From the NCBI GenBank assembly GCA_965204725.1, contig OZ242005.1:2176001-2240000 (forward strand): a stretch of 64,000 nucleotides of DNA, given 5' to 3'. Below are positions 28,620-39,287 of this stretch, piece by piece; the first letter of the stretch is position 1; every line of letters begins with the position of its first letter. A model generated the notes under the pieces. The model worked only from the letters and a program-made list of their open reading frames with translations. It was not told the origin of the DNA and made no database searches. This stretch comes from Candidatus Latescibacterota bacterium (GTDB taxonomy: Bacteria; Latescibacterota; UBA2968; UBA8231). The translations under genes were made by a program, and so were the position numbers.

Positions 28620-29627
28620 ATGAGGCTTGGGGCCTTGATCCTGCTCGGGCTCGTCGCCTGCGGCCAAGACGCGGGCGTACCCCCAGTTCATCCGCCGGCA
28701 CCAACCCCCTACGAGCTCGCCGTGCCAGCGGGATTTCCCGCGCCGACCATCCTGCCGGACAATCCCCTGACCGTCGAGGGCATCGCCTTGGGCGAGCGGC
28801 TCTTTGCCGACCCCATCCTCTCCGTCGATAGCACCATAGCCTGCGCCTCGTGCCACCTGCCCGCCCACGCCTTCTCCGATCCACGGCCCTTGAGCCAAGG
28901 CGTCGGCGGCACCACCAGCCGCAACTCCATGCCGCTTTTTAACATGCTCTGGAGCCGGTCCTTTTTCTGGGACGGCCGCGCGGCCAGCCTCGAAGAGCAA
29001 GCACTCGAACCTGTGCAGCAGTCCGTAGAAATGGGCGAGGACTGGGATCGCGTGGTGGCCAAACTGGAGCGACACGCCGAATATCCCGCGCTCTTTGTCC
29101 GCGCCTTTGGGGACGCGCCGATCAGCCGGCACCGGGTCGTCCAAGCCATCGCCCAGTTTGAGCGCACCCTCATTTCGGCGGACAGCAAATACGACCGCTG
29201 GTTGGCCGGCCAAGCGGCACTTACCCCCGCTGAGGAACGCGGCTTCGTCCTCTTTCACACCGAGGCCGGCGACTGCTTTCACTGCCACGTCGCCCCGCTT
29301 TTCACCGACAACGAGTTCCACAACACCGGGCTGGAGCTCGATCCCCTCGATGAGGGGCTGGCCGCGCTCACCGGGAAACGCCTCGACCGCGGCAAATTCA
29401 AGACGCCCACCCTGCGCAACGTAGAGTACACCGCGCCGTACATGCACGACGGTCGCTTTCAGACCTTAGCAGAGGTCGTCTCGCACTACGACGCCGGCTT
29501 TCACCGCACGGTCCTAACCGATCCCCTGTTGCTCGTCCGGCCCAACCTCGACCTCGATCCGGCCGACATAGACGCGCTCGTGGCCTTTTTGAAAACCCTT
29601 TCCGACCCTCAATTACAGGCCCGGTGA
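28620..29627 (+). CDS. Di-heme cytochrome c peroxidase family (MauG/MbnH-like)
   Basis: Lipobox LVAC, CASCH and CFHCH, FWDGR, FKTPTLRN, PYMHDG. Confidence 0.9.
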   Translation: MRLGALILLGLVACGQDAGVPPVHPPAPTPYELAVPAGFPAPTILPDNPLTVEGIALGERLFADPILSVDSTIACASCHLPAHAFSDPRPLSQGVGGTTSRNSMPLFNMLWSRSFFWDGRAASLEEQALEPVQQSVEMGEDWDRVVAKLERHAEYPALFVRAFGDAPISRHRVVQAIAQFERTLISADSKYDRWLAGQAALTPAEERGFVLFHTEAGDCFHCHVAPLFTDNEFHNTGLELDPLDEGLAALTGKRLDRGKFKTPTLRNVEYTAPYMHDGRFQTLAEVVSHYDAGFHRTVLTDPLLLVRPNLDLDPADIDALVAFLKTLSDPQLQAR

Positions 29628-29667
29628 CGCGCTTATGTAGCTGTTTCTTTTATTAGTTACTTTTCTC

Positions 29668-29695
29668 TTGATTGAGTTTCAGAATTTCGTATAAT
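29668..29695 (+). promoter_or_regulatory. Sigma-70-like promoter of the HU gene
   Basis: TTGATT-16 bp-TATAAT in an AT-rich intergenic region. Confidence 0.5.
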
Positions 29696-29752
29696 ACAAG
29701 CACTTATGCACAAAATCAGAGCCGGTTTAACTCCTCATCTAGAGAGGTTTTA

Positions 29753-30091
29753 GTGCCCACGATAACCAAGAAGGACCTAGCGCGGTCGGTTGCCGACACA
29801 ATCGGCTGCAAAAACAACCTGACTTTGCAAATGGTCAATAGCCTTTTCGAGGCCATGCGCGAAACGCTTATCGAAGGCAACCGCATTGAAATCCGGGGTT
29901 TCGGCGTACTCGAAGTCAAAGACACCAAGCCCAAGCCCGCGGCGCGCAACCCGCGCACCGGCGAGGTCGTGTACGTGCCCGCCCGGCGCAAGACGCACTT
30001 CAAGCCGGGCAAACAACTCAAAGAAGCCCTGCACGACACCGACTCTGCCGCCGACCACGCCGCACCCGACCCCGATGACTCTTGGTCCTAA
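29753..30091 (+). CDS. HU/IHF family DNA-binding protein
   Basis: GTG start after GAGG; IEIRGFG, ARNPRTGE, FKPGK. Confidence 0.92.
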   Translation: MPTITKKDLARSVADTIGCKNNLTLQMVNSLFEAMRETLIEGNRIEIRGFGVLEVKDTKPKPAARNPRTGEVVYVPARRKTHFKPGKQLKEALHDTDSAADHAAPDPDDSWS

Positions 30092-30144
30092 CATCGCCGA
30101 GAATTCGTCCCGAAAAGTTACGAACCGGCTCTTATCGCGCATGT

Positions 30145-31173
30145 ATGGGTCTTGCCCTGCTGCTCGCTTCCGGGAGCCACGCCGAGCAACGCCTGCACAT
30201 CGGCGCGGACCCGCGCATTGAGCTGCTCACCGCAGTCCAGCTCCTCAGCCAATATCGCTATCTGACGCCCTATCGGGTGGATTACGCAGCCGACCTCGTC
30301 GCCCATTTCTCGCGCTATCCCCCCCAGCAGGCCGTCGCCCTCTTCCGCAGCCTGAGCGCGGACACCGGGTGGTCTGATGCCTACCCAACCGCCATGCTCT
30401 ACCTGTCGGACCCTCCCGCATTAGAACCAACCCAACCCATTCCCCCCCACATCTATCGCGCCTTCCGCAGCGAGGAAAACTTTACCCGCTTCGTCCGCGC
30501 CCTGCGCACCTTTGCACACCAGACCCAATTCAACCGCTTCTTCGCCCGCAGCCAAAAGCTCTATCAACGCCTTGCGACGAGCCTCCGCGAGGCCCTAGCC
30601 GGTGCCGATCCCACCGGCGAAGTCGAGGCCTATTTCGGCACTCGCCAAGTCAGCTACCACCTCGTCCTCAGCCCGCTCTTACACCACGGGGGCTTTGGGC
30701 CGCACATCGGCCCCTTTGGAGGGCCGTACGATGTCTATACGTTGCTCGGTCCTACCGGTGCCGCGCACGGCTTACCTGAATACGGCCCCCGCGACCAACT
30801 TTTGCAGATTATATGGCACGAGTTCAGCCACGCCTTCGTCAACCCCCTCAGCAAGGAGTACTACCCAATGCTGAGGCCCCATGCCGAGCTATTTGCCCCG
30901 CTGGCCGAACCAATGGCCCGCATCGGCTACACGCACTGGTTCGACTGCGCCAATGAACACCTCATCCGCGCCATAACCGCGCGCCTCGCCCACCATCACC
31001 TCGGCGCGGAAGCAGGTCGCCGCGCACTGCGCGAAGAATCCGGGCGCGGCTTCCGCTATATCCACGCCCTAGCCCGCCGCCTCGAAGAATACGAATCCCA
31101 GCGCGACCGCTACCCGACCTTCGCGGCCTTCTTCCCCCACTTCATTGCTGTCTTTGCCGATCTTACGCCCTAG
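30145..31173 (+). CDS. DUF4932-like exported protein (HExxH)
   Basis: DPRIELL N-motif, WHEFSHAFVNP, NEHLIRAI, YESQRDRYPTF. Start uncertain (ORF open from 30082). Confidence 0.7.
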   Translation: MGLALLLASGSHAEQRLHIGADPRIELLTAVQLLSQYRYLTPYRVDYAADLVAHFSRYPPQQAVALFRSLSADTGWSDAYPTAMLYLSDPPALEPTQPIPPHIYRAFRSEENFTRFVRALRTFAHQTQFNRFFARSQKLYQRLATSLREALAGADPTGEVEAYFGTRQVSYHLVLSPLLHHGGFGPHIGPFGGPYDVYTLLGPTGAAHGLPEYGPRDQLLQIIWHEFSHAFVNPLSKEYYPMLRPHAELFAPLAEPMARIGYTHWFDCANEHLIRAITARLAHHHLGAEAGRRALREESGRGFRYIHALARRLEEYESQRDRYPTFAAFFPHFIAVFADLTP

Positions 31174-31176
31174 GCT

Positions 31177-32508
31177 TTAGCGCACCAACCGCCGGAAAAG
31201 CTCTTGCTGGGGCGGTGCTGCGAGCAGTTCGTCCAAGGTCCCGCGCTCCAACCCCTCGGCAATAACGGCAAAACTCTCCCGTACCACGGCCGCGGTCTGT
31301 TCGACCTCGGGCTCGCCGTGGGCACAGTTGAACATGAACCCAGCCGCTAAGATCACGCCGCGGCGGGCGTTCTCTTGGATGAACAGGGTGTGGACCTTGG
31401 CGGCCGTCGCGGCATCCTCCGCGCCCAAGCGGATGCGGGGATGCGCCGCCACCCCCTCGCACCCCGCATCGAGCCCAACGGCCGCGGCCGCCGCGTTGAC
31501 CTGCTCCTTAAAAAACGCGCCGATGCGCTCGAAGTGGGCCACCGCGGCGCGGCGCTCCAACTCGCGCAAGGTCGCCAGCGAGGCCGCCACGCCGATGTTG
31601 TCGTCCCAATAGGCACTGGAGATAAACATCTGCTCGGCTGGTGCCATAAACGCCCGCTGGCCGACCACCGCTCCCATGGGATAGCCATTGGAGATGGCCT
31701 TGGCAAAAACAGAGAGGTCCGGCGTCACGCCCGCGTATTCTTGGGCACCGCCCAAGGCCACCCGGAACCCCGACGAAACCTCGTCGAAAATGAGCACCAC
31801 CCCGTAGTGCGACGCCAACTCCCGCACCTTTTCTAGATAGCCCGGCGGCGGCTCGTCCGAGCGCATCGGCTCCATGATGATACAGGCCAACTCGCCAGCG
31901 TGTCTTTCGAGCAGGGCACTTAGTTCATGGAGATCACCATAGGCAAAAGGCAGGGCCGTACCCTCCAGGCAGCGGGGCACCCCAATCGGCTCAATGCCAT
32001 TAAAAAGATGAGCGGCCAGCCGCTCCGCCCCGAGGTTGGCGGCTTGATACCAGTCGTGCCAGCCGTGGTATCCGCAAAACAGCACCTTGTCGCGGCCCGT
32101 GACCCCGCGGGCGATCCGCACCGCAATGGCGCAGGCCTCGCCCCCGCCCTTGCAGTAGCGCACCATTTCCGCCGAGGGCACAATCCGCACCAGTGCTTCG
32201 GCCAGCTCTACGGCCGACTCTTGCACGATGCTATAGATCGTCCCCCGGTCGATCTGGGCGCGGACCGCGGCATCGACGACCTCGTCGGCATAGCCCAAGA
32301 TCACCGGTCCCACAGCACTCGTCCAATCGATGTATTCGTTGCCATCCACATCCCAGATGCGGCAGCCTTTGGCGCGCTCAGCGTAGATGGGGCTGACGCC
32401 GAGCGCGGCCCGCGTCGGTCGCCGGCTGATGAGCTGGGTGGTGCCGGGGATGAGTGCTTTGGCGCGCTCGTAGATTTGCAACGAGCGGCGCACCGAATGT
32501 TCTCGCAT
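31177..32508 (-). CDS. Class III PLP aminotransferase (GSA aminomutase-like)
   Basis: DVDGNEYID, YHGWHD, LIFDEVSSGFR, FAKAISNGYP. Confidence 0.9.
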   Translation of the reverse strand: MREHSVRRSLQIYERAKALIPGTTQLISRRPTRAALGVSPIYAERAKGCRIWDVDGNEYIDWTSAVGPVILGYADEVVDAAVRAQIDRGTIYSIVQESAVELAEALVRIVPSAEMVRYCKGGGEACAIAVRIARGVTGRDKVLFCGYHGWHDWYQAANLGAERLAAHLFNGIEPIGVPRCLEGTALPFAYGDLHELSALLERHAGELACIIMEPMRSDEPPPGYLEKVRELASHYGVVLIFDEVSSGFRVALGGAQEYAGVTPDLSVFAKAISNGYPMGAVVGQRAFMAPAEQMFISSAYWDDNIGVAASLATLRELERRAAVAHFERIGAFFKEQVNAAAAAVGLDAGCEGVAAHPRIRLGAEDAATAAKVHTLFIQENARRGVILAAGFMFNCAHGEPEVEQTAAVVRESFAVIAEGLERGTLDELLAAPPQQELFRRLVR

Positions 32509-32520
32509 GACAGGCTCCTT

Positions 32521-34380
32521 TTACCGCCCGCTGCGGAGCGGGTTCTCGCGTGAAAAAGGCGTTTGCGGCGCGTTGACCACGCGCAGCCAAGAGCGATACG
32601 GCGAGCCGCCTTCCCCGGCGCTGGCAAAGTCGCACAAGCGCAGCTTGCGGCCGTCGGCCGCGGCAACATCCAGCGCGACCATAGTCTCGGCCTCCACCAA
32701 ATTCCCCCGCAGGGCCACCGCGTCGAGTGCCGGCACCTCGTCCGGATCTACGGCGTTGAGCCGGCGGTCGTAGGTCAAGAGCACCGGCCCCCGAAAGATC
32801 GAGACCTTATCGCGGCACTCCGCTTCACCGCGCCAGTAGTGCATTGATAGGTCCAAGTCGAGGTCAATGGTATCGCCGGGCTGCCAGCACCTAGCCAGCG
32901 CCTGGTACGCCCCAGCGTCGGCCTTGCTTGCGGCCGCGCCGTTTACCCGCACCTCCGTTTGCTGCGACCAGTAGGGCACCCGCAATTTGAGCGCAAACTC
33001 CGCGGCCTCAGAGGGATCAACGCGGATGCGCACGCGCCCGTGGCGGGGGTACTCCGTCTGTTGGGTCAGCACCACGGTCAAGCCGCGCCGCAGCTCCACC
33101 TCCATCCGGCTCGGGCCGTACCAATTGAGCACCAACCCCTCCTCGTCGCGCATGAGTGCCCAGTCCGAGACCATCCCCAACCCACGCGGCCCATTGACGC
33201 TACAGCAGTTCAACTCGGGGCTGCCTTCGCGCGCCTGAAAGACGATCTCGTGGGCACTCGCCTTGCGCACCCCATCCATCGGCGTGTTGTACGTAACCCA
33301 GCGCCCGCTCGCCGAGTGCAGGCCGAGGATGGAGTTGAGGGTGGATAGCTCGATCTCGTCGGCCACAATCGAACAGCCAGTCAGCTTGAGCATTTCCACG
33401 CTCGCGGCCACCCAAGCGATGGTACAGCAGGTCTCGATCGCGCCTTGGTGGTAGGGGTTGCCTTGCGCGGCTTCGCCCGAAGAAAAGCCGCCGTTGTTGT
33501 GCCGGTCGAGTTCGACAATGCTCCACCAGATCTGCTCGAAAGCCCGGCGGTAGCGTTCCTCGCCCGTGATCCAGTACAACTCGGCCAAGGCCATGATCGG
33601 ATGGAGGCTTTCCCAGCGCGGCTTAGGCGTTTTGAAGAAGGGCTGACCGGCCAAGGCGCGATTGAGATAGTCGCCCGCCAGCGGCTGCCCGTCCGCGTCC
33701 AGCGCGGCGAACTCATCGACCCACTGCAAGGCCAAGTTTAGATAGCGATCCCGGCCGGTCTGGCGATAGAGGATGCACAGGACGTGGACCGGGGCCATGT
33801 TCATCTCCGTGCTGCCGGTATCGACCAGCCGCCGGCGCGTTTTGCCCATAAACTTCCGGGCCAATAGCTCGGCCATGGCCTCGACGCAATGCAATGCCTG
33901 TGCGTCGCGGCTTTCCTCGTACCACAGCAACAAGCCCAGCATGGCGTGATAGTGCCCCCAAGCATCCCACGTGGAACCGCGCTGGTTCGCGACGTTGGGC
34001 GCGTATCCCGTCAGGCGGTGGCGGTGCGGCCAAGGGCCGAGATAGCCGTCGGCGTCTTGGTGGGCGATGAGCCGAGCGACAAAGTCTTTCAGGTGTCTTT
34101 TTAGCTTGGGGTCGCCGGTCAGCCGCAGGATTTGCACGGCACTCGTCAGGTACTTGCCGGCAAATTCTCCGGCCCACGGCATCTGGTCGCGGTAGGGCTT
34201 GCGATCGCGGTCGGCAAACATGTCCAAAATCGCCGGATTGGCCGCGGGCGCGATGAGCAGCCACTGCTCGGTGACGGCGCGCAAGTAAGCCGCAAAGGGA
34301 CCGTCGAGGGCGTAGTGGGTGCGGGACGAGCGGGTCAGTGCGGGTTGCACCGCCGGACGGTGGTCAGAAAAAGGCTGCAT
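32521..34380 (-). CDS. Glycoside hydrolase family 127-like (beta-L-arabinofuranosidase/DUF1680)
   Basis: GEFAGK, QDADGYLG, ETCC and NCC motifs, LRVPYWS. Confidence 0.8.
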   Translation of the reverse strand: MQPFSDHRPAVQPALTRSSRTHYALDGPFAAYLRAVTEQWLLIAPAANPAILDMFADRDRKPYRDQMPWAGEFAGKYLTSAVQILRLTGDPKLKRHLKDFVARLIAHQDADGYLGPWPHRHRLTGYAPNVANQRGSTWDAWGHYHAMLGLLLWYEESRDAQALHCVEAMAELLARKFMGKTRRRLVDTGSTEMNMAPVHVLCILYRQTGRDRYLNLALQWVDEFAALDADGQPLAGDYLNRALAGQPFFKTPKPRWESLHPIMALAELYWITGEERYRRAFEQIWWSIVELDRHNNGGFSSGEAAQGNPYHQGAIETCCTIAWVAASVEMLKLTGCSIVADEIELSTLNSILGLHSASGRWVTYNTPMDGVRKASAHEIVFQAREGSPELNCCSVNGPRGLGMVSDWALMRDEEGLVLNWYGPSRMEVELRRGLTVVLTQQTEYPRHGRVRIRVDPSEAAEFALKLRVPYWSQQTEVRVNGAAASKADAGAYQALARCWQPGDTIDLDLDLSMHYWRGEAECRDKVSIFRGPVLLTYDRRLNAVDPDEVPALDAVALRGNLVEAETMVALDVAAADGRKLRLCDFASAGEGGSPYRSWLRVVNAPQTPFSRENPLRSGR

Positions 34381-34507
34381 GGCGTCTCCTCTCGGTGGGT
34401 GGCTGTGGTGCGCTTTGGGCTATCTCGTTCGATAATTTGACAGCCCGTCTAAACTCCTCTTTTTTGGCGTCCAACCTCAACTCTCAACTTCTAAACGGAG
34501 CTTCATC

Positions 34508-35110
34508 ATGCAACGCGCCTTGTCTCTGCTCGCCCTCTTGCTCGCGCTGCCGCTCGCCACCTACGCCTTTGATGGAAGACGCGAGGGCTTTCTGTTCGGC
34601 TTTAGCCTCGGGCCGGGCTACCAGTTCGTCGAGCAGGAGTGGCTCATCAATGGCGAGCGATCCCAGCGCGAAGACCGCGACCCGACCTTTGGCACCGCCC
34701 TCCAGTTCGGCTACGGCCTCACCAACCACCTCGTCTTAGGCTGGGTCTTGGACTTGGGCCGCGACGCGGATGACGACGAGATCAAGCTCCTCGGCACCGC
34801 GGTCGAAAGGGGCAGTACCCGCTTTGAGATCGACGGCTTTAGCGCGACCTATTTCCTCAAAAAACGCGCTCCATCGCCCTTTGTCGAAGCCGTCATCGGC
34901 ACGGCCCGCTGGGACGACGGGGGGAACAACATCCTCGACGGCCTCGGGCTGGCCGGCAGCATCGGCTACGAGGTGCGCAAGCACTGGATGGTCAAAGGCA
35001 CCATCGGCTGGGGTGCGCCCAGCGCAGAGGCCACAATCGACGAGCGAGCGATCAAAGCCGACGTCACAGGCTGGGCCATCGCCTTCAACGCCAGCTATCT
35101 CTGGTACTGA
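34508..35110 (+). CDS. Small outer-membrane beta-barrel protein
   Basis: Signal peptide, alternating amphipathic strands, terminal aromatic residues (YLWY). Confidence 0.7.
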   Translation: MQRALSLLALLLALPLATYAFDGRREGFLFGFSLGPGYQFVEQEWLINGERSQREDRDPTFGTALQFGYGLTNHLVLGWVLDLGRDADDDEIKLLGTAVERGSTRFEIDGFSATYFLKKRAPSPFVEAVIGTARWDDGGNNILDGLGLAGSIGYEVRKHWMVKGTIGWGAPSAEATIDERAIKADVTGWAIAFNASYLWY

Positions 35111-35489
35111 ACAGCGGACGCGGCTCAGTCTCATTGTACCGCACTGGTCAAGTACTTGCCGGCAAATCTCTCCAAGCAAAATGTCTGGTATCTCCATAAC
35201 TAGTCGATAACACCATGATCCGCTTCTAAGGAGCCGCCAAAAAGCAGCAAATGCCTATATCGTAGTTATAATGTAGGCTAATGGTCTTCCTCAACCAAGG
35301 CAAAAGACTATTTCTGCCTTGCTTTTGGCCTTTATACTGCGCTTCTACCCCGATTGAACGGCTCTGGGGAAGTCAGCAGAAATGCGATAAGATAGCCCTG
35401 CCTATAGTTAGCCAAAATTTACTTTTTCTTTGTCTTGACAAGGCGACAATAGAATACCATAGTATAAAATACAAACTGCGGAGCGACTA

Positions 35490-36686
35490 ATGCAAAAGCC
35501 AACAATTATAGATTTATTCAGCGGGTGTGGAGGAATGTCTTGGGGGTTACATAAAGCGGATTTCAGTGTGCTAGCAGGTATTGATATATGGAGCAGGGCC
35601 TTAGAAACATTTCACTTTAATCATCCGACTGCGAGCACAATAAAAGCAGATATAGCTGACTTAGACCCAAATTCTTTAATGTCAATGCTGAAGTTAGAAA
35701 AGGGCACTCTTGATTGTCTCATTGGCGGCCCTCCTTGCCAAGGCTTCTCAAAAAATGTTCCAGCAGCCTATCGTTTTCTCGAAGATCCGCGCAATCAATT
35801 ATTCCGCGATTTTTTGCGTTTTGTTGAGGCCATGTTACCCAAAGTTGTCGTTATGGAAAACGTGGCGGAGATTTATAGGGCATACGATGGATCAGTACGG
35901 GCAGAAGTTATCAATAGCTTACGACAGCTTGGCTATGAAATAGATACCGCTATTTTATACGCACCAGACTATGGTGTCCCACAGCGTAGAAGGCGTTGCT
36001 TTTTCTTTGCTTCGAGAACGGGGATCAAGCCCGTACTTCCACCGCCTACTTTTGGCCCCGATCACGTAAACGTCTTATTCGGCACAGTAAAGCAGTACCA
36101 TTCCGCTTGGGAGGCAATCTCAGATTTGCCCGTTCTGGAAAATGGTGACGGGTATGAACCGATGGAGTACAGGCTTCAGCCTCAAAATGAATATCAAGCA
36201 GATATGCGGGAAGATTCATGTACTCTCTACGACCACATTACACGAGCGTTAAATGAAAAACAATTTACTCGAATCTCATCTTTGGAACCAGGCCAAGGAA
36301 TAAAAAACTTACCAAAGAGAATTAGACCAAAATCGGGATATAGTGGTGCTTACGGAAGACTTGATTTTGAAATGATTGCGCCGACAATTACTAGATGGGT
36401 ATTCCATCCCGGATCTGGGCGCTTCTGCCATCCTCGGGAAGCTAGATTGCTAACTATCCGAGAAGCGGCGAGGCTTCAGTCTTTTTCCGACGATTTTAGA
36501 TTTACGGGCACTTATATTGAAAAATCCCATCAAGTAGGAAATGCCGTCCCACCTTTAATAATGCAAAGTATGGCGACGAACATTAAGGTTTGCCTTCGAG
36601 TTTTGCCAAAAGAATCTCAACAACATCGCTTGCTGCGAGACGCTGCGGTTCAATACAAAACTCGTACGCATCTTCAGGAAAAATAA
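35490..36686 (+). CDS. dcm: DNA (cytosine-5)-methyltransferase
   Basis: DLFSGCGG, GGPPCQGFS, ENV, QRRRR, VGNAVPP; markedly AT-rich. Confidence 0.95.
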   Translation: MQKPTIIDLFSGCGGMSWGLHKADFSVLAGIDIWSRALETFHFNHPTASTIKADIADLDPNSLMSMLKLEKGTLDCLIGGPPCQGFSKNVPAAYRFLEDPRNQLFRDFLRFVEAMLPKVVVMENVAEIYRAYDGSVRAEVINSLRQLGYEIDTAILYAPDYGVPQRRRRCFFFASRTGIKPVLPPPTFGPDHVNVLFGTVKQYHSAWEAISDLPVLENGDGYEPMEYRLQPQNEYQADMREDSCTLYDHITRALNEKQFTRISSLEPGQGIKNLPKRIRPKSGYSGAYGRLDFEMIAPTITRWVFHPGSGRFCHPREARLLTIREAARLQSFSDDFRFTGTYIEKSHQVGNAVPPLIMQSMATNIKVCLRVLPKESQQHRLLRDAAVQYKTRTHLQEK

Positions 36687-37308
36687 AGCGTTCAAAGAAT
36701 TGTTTTTGATTCGGATACCACCGAAAAACCAGCACATTGTCTTTAATGCGTCTCGCCTGGAGGCCCTTTTTTGCAGTATTGGTCCAAGCCCATATCAAGT
36801 CACTCTCCCTATATTCAACCAGTTTCTCTTCAAAATAAACATAGTTTTTTCTATTTTTCGACTTTAACAAAATGGAGACACGTCTTTCTTTAATCCCCCG
36901 ATCTTTTGCATCTTGCTGAACTTTCTCTTCATACCAATGTTTGAGCAGAGCAGCACCGAGGTCTTCAGGAGAAGATTTGGTAGAGAGAGCGCTAAAGCCA
37001 AGATCCTTCGCTTTTGTAAAAATATCTGCTCGCTGTATGACGACCGCAAACTCACGAGGCAGAATGATTGCATCTTGATTTACTTGAGCTGCCTTAATTG
37101 ACCAGCCAATTTTTCTTTTTTTATCAACTACGTCGAATAGATTTTTGCTCCTAGTATGTGAGAGAGGATCAACAGATGGAATACCTTTGGCGTACGTAAA
37201 TATGGCTTCCCAAATATAATCTTTTATATCATCGACAAAAGGAATCGCGTAAACCGCACGGATGGCTTCGACTAAACGTCGTTTCTCTTTCTCTTTTAGG
37301 TGGTACAT
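36583..37308 (-). CDS. Putative Type II restriction endonuclease
   Basis: AT-rich 241-aa ORF convergent on dcm; FDVVD...WSIK resembles PD-(D/E)xK. Function inferred mainly from context. Confidence 0.6.
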   Translation of the reverse strand: MYHLKEKEKRRLVEAIRAVYAIPFVDDIKDYIWEAIFTYAKGIPSVDPLSHTRSKNLFDVVDKKRKIGWSIKAAQVNQDAIILPREFAVVIQRADIFTKAKDLGFSALSTKSSPEDLGAALLKHWYEEKVQQDAKDRGIKERRVSILLKSKNRKNYVYFEEKLVEYRESDLIWAWTNTAKKGLQARRIKDNVLVFRWYPNQKQFFERFIFPEDAYEFCIEPQRLAASDVVEILLAKLEGKP

Positions 37309-37323
37309 TGCTCAGACGCTTCG

Positions 37324-38187
37324 TTAGCAGCCAAACAGCGCGAAGGCGAAATTCGGCGGCGGCGCGACGATATCGCTCCGATTTTGCAGGTAGCGCCGCG
37401 CCTGCGCTGGCGGCAGCAGGCTTTCCAACTCCGCCCAGCCGATGTGCTCCATTTCGGCGTTGAGCTCCTCGGGCGCAAACTCGGATAGCATTGGCTCGCC
37501 CAGCCGCTTCACGAGGCGTTCTAGCTTGTCGTTGAGGGGTACACTCTGTTCGGGGATTAGCGATCTAGCCAGCTTGTAATCGCAGACGAGGCGGCTGCCC
37601 GGGGCCGCGACCGCCGCAATACATCCAAGCGTCTCCCTTATGGCGTCCTGGGTCAGATAGTAGGTCGTCCCCAGCCACGAAAAAAATGCGGGTTGCCCCG
37701 CGTCGAACCGACTGTTCCCAAGCACCTCGTCTAGCGGGTCGGTCTCAAAGTCAACCGGCACGAACGCCACGTTGGGTGGGATGTGCCCCGCCACCCGGCG
37801 CACGCGCTCGCGCTTGATGCGCTGGGTCGCGGGATGATCAACCTCAAAGACCTGCACCCGATCCGCCAACTCGCGACCGCGCAGGGAAAAGGTGTCGAAA
37901 CCAGCACCGAGAATCACGTACTGCACAAGGCCCGCTCCTATGGCCTCGTAAAGACAGTCTTCGGCGTAGCGGACGCGGAGGAGGTTCTCGGTGTGAATGG
38001 GGTGGAACGGCGCCAGCAGCTTATTGACCACCAGCCAGTTGAGCAAGCGATTTTTGACGATGAGACGCCACCCCAGCGACACCATATCCACCGCGTACTC
38101 GTCGGCAAAAATCGGCGCGGGATTCCACTGCCAGTGATGGGCGCGGATGCCGGCTGCCAACGAGGCGGTCGTACTCGTGCGGCGCAT
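37324..38187 (-). CDS. SAM-dependent methyltransferase (LCM/TIGR00027 family)
   Basis: QYVILGAGFDT, FEVDHPATQ, WLGTTYYL. Confidence 0.88.
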   Translation of the reverse strand: MRRTSTTASLAAGIRAHHWQWNPAPIFADEYAVDMVSLGWRLIVKNRLLNWLVVNKLLAPFHPIHTENLLRVRYAEDCLYEAIGAGLVQYVILGAGFDTFSLRGRELADRVQVFEVDHPATQRIKRERVRRVAGHIPPNVAFVPVDFETDPLDEVLGNSRFDAGQPAFFSWLGTTYYLTQDAIRETLGCIAAVAAPGSRLVCDYKLARSLIPEQSVPLNDKLERLVKRLGEPMLSEFAPEELNAEMEHIGWAELESLLPPAQARRYLQNRSDIVAPPPNFAFALFGC

Positions 38188-38201
38188 GTCTTACGCCAGC
38201 C

Positions 38202-39194
38202 TCACTCCTGCTCTTCCATCTGGTCGTAGAACTGGACTATTTTGCCCCGATTCTCAGAGGCGTTGAAAGCCATGCCGGCTCGCGGGTGTTGGTTGAGCAG
38301 GCCGGTGATCATGTAGGGATAGTCGTAGCCCCACAGCAGCTTGGAGCGGAGCGGCTCAATGTATTGCTCAATGCACTTGAGCACTGGACGCAAGCGAAAC
38401 TTCGGGTTGTGCAAAAAGCCCAACAAAAGCTCCATCTGGCAATTGCCCGCGCCGCGACCCAAGCCGGCAAAACTCGCATCCACGCAGTTGGCCCCCAGTA
38501 TCGCGGCTTCGATGGTATTGGCAAAGGCCAGTTGCCGATTGTTGTGGGCGTGGATTCCGACCTCTATCGGGGTGCCCTCGCAGTATTGGAAAAACGTGTT
38601 GCAAAGCGCGCGGATCTGCTCGCCGTAGAGCGAGCCAAAGCTATCGACCACGTACACGGCCCCCACGTCTGAGCGCACCAGCATCTCCAGCGCGCTTTTG
38701 ACCTCGGACTCCGGCACAGTGGAAACGGCCATGAGGTTTAAGGTCGTCTCATAGCCCTTGTCGCTGGCGTCCTTGATCATGTCCAGCGCCAGCGGCATCT
38801 GGTGGATATAGGTGGCCACGCGGATCATGTCCAACACGCTTTCAGACGCCGGCAGGATGTCCGTTTTGTAATCGCTTTTTTCGGCGTCGGCCATAGCCGC
38901 CAACTTCAGCGGGGTGTCGTTGTTGCCGACGATGCGGCGCATGTCCTCTTCGAGGCAGTGCTTCCACGGCCCAAACTCGCCGGGCGGAAATTGCGCCCGC
39001 GAGTTGATGTAACCGATCTCCATGTAGTCAATCCCGGCCTCGATGCAGGACTCGTACACGCCGCGGACTACGTTGTCTTCAAACCAATGGTCGTTCATCA
39101 GGCCGCCATCGCGGATGGTGACGTCAACGACCTTGATTTCCTCCCGATACCCAAGCCAATTGTCGGCCCAAGTTGCTCGGTTTTCCTCGCTCAT
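38202..39194 (-). CDS. HMGL-like (DRE-TIM) aldolase catalytic domain protein
   Basis: DVTIRDGG, HAHNN, GLGRGAGN. Confidence 0.85.
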   Translation of the reverse strand: MSEENRATWADNWLGYREEIKVVDVTIRDGGLMNDHWFEDNVVRGVYESCIEAGIDYMEIGYINSRAQFPPGEFGPWKHCLEEDMRRIVGNNDTPLKLAAMADAEKSDYKTDILPASESVLDMIRVATYIHQMPLALDMIKDASDKGYETTLNLMAVSTVPESEVKSALEMLVRSDVGAVYVVDSFGSLYGEQIRALCNTFFQYCEGTPIEVGIHAHNNRQLAFANTIEAAILGANCVDASFAGLGRGAGNCQMELLLGFLHNPKFRLRPVLKCIEQYIEPLRSKLLWGYDYPYMITGLLNQHPRAGMAFNASENRGKIVQFYDQMEEQE

Positions 39195-39287
39195 TGCCCT
39201 CTCCTCGTTGGTATGTAAATCAAGTGTTGTCGAACCGATATATACTGAGGCGCGACCAGCAAAAGGTCAAACCGGCCCCGGCCCGGT

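Noticed and set aside
27886-29627. Methanobactin biosynthetic cluster
   Set aside because: Only an MbnP/MbnH-like pair is present; no precursor peptide, mbnBC or TonB receptor is adjacent.
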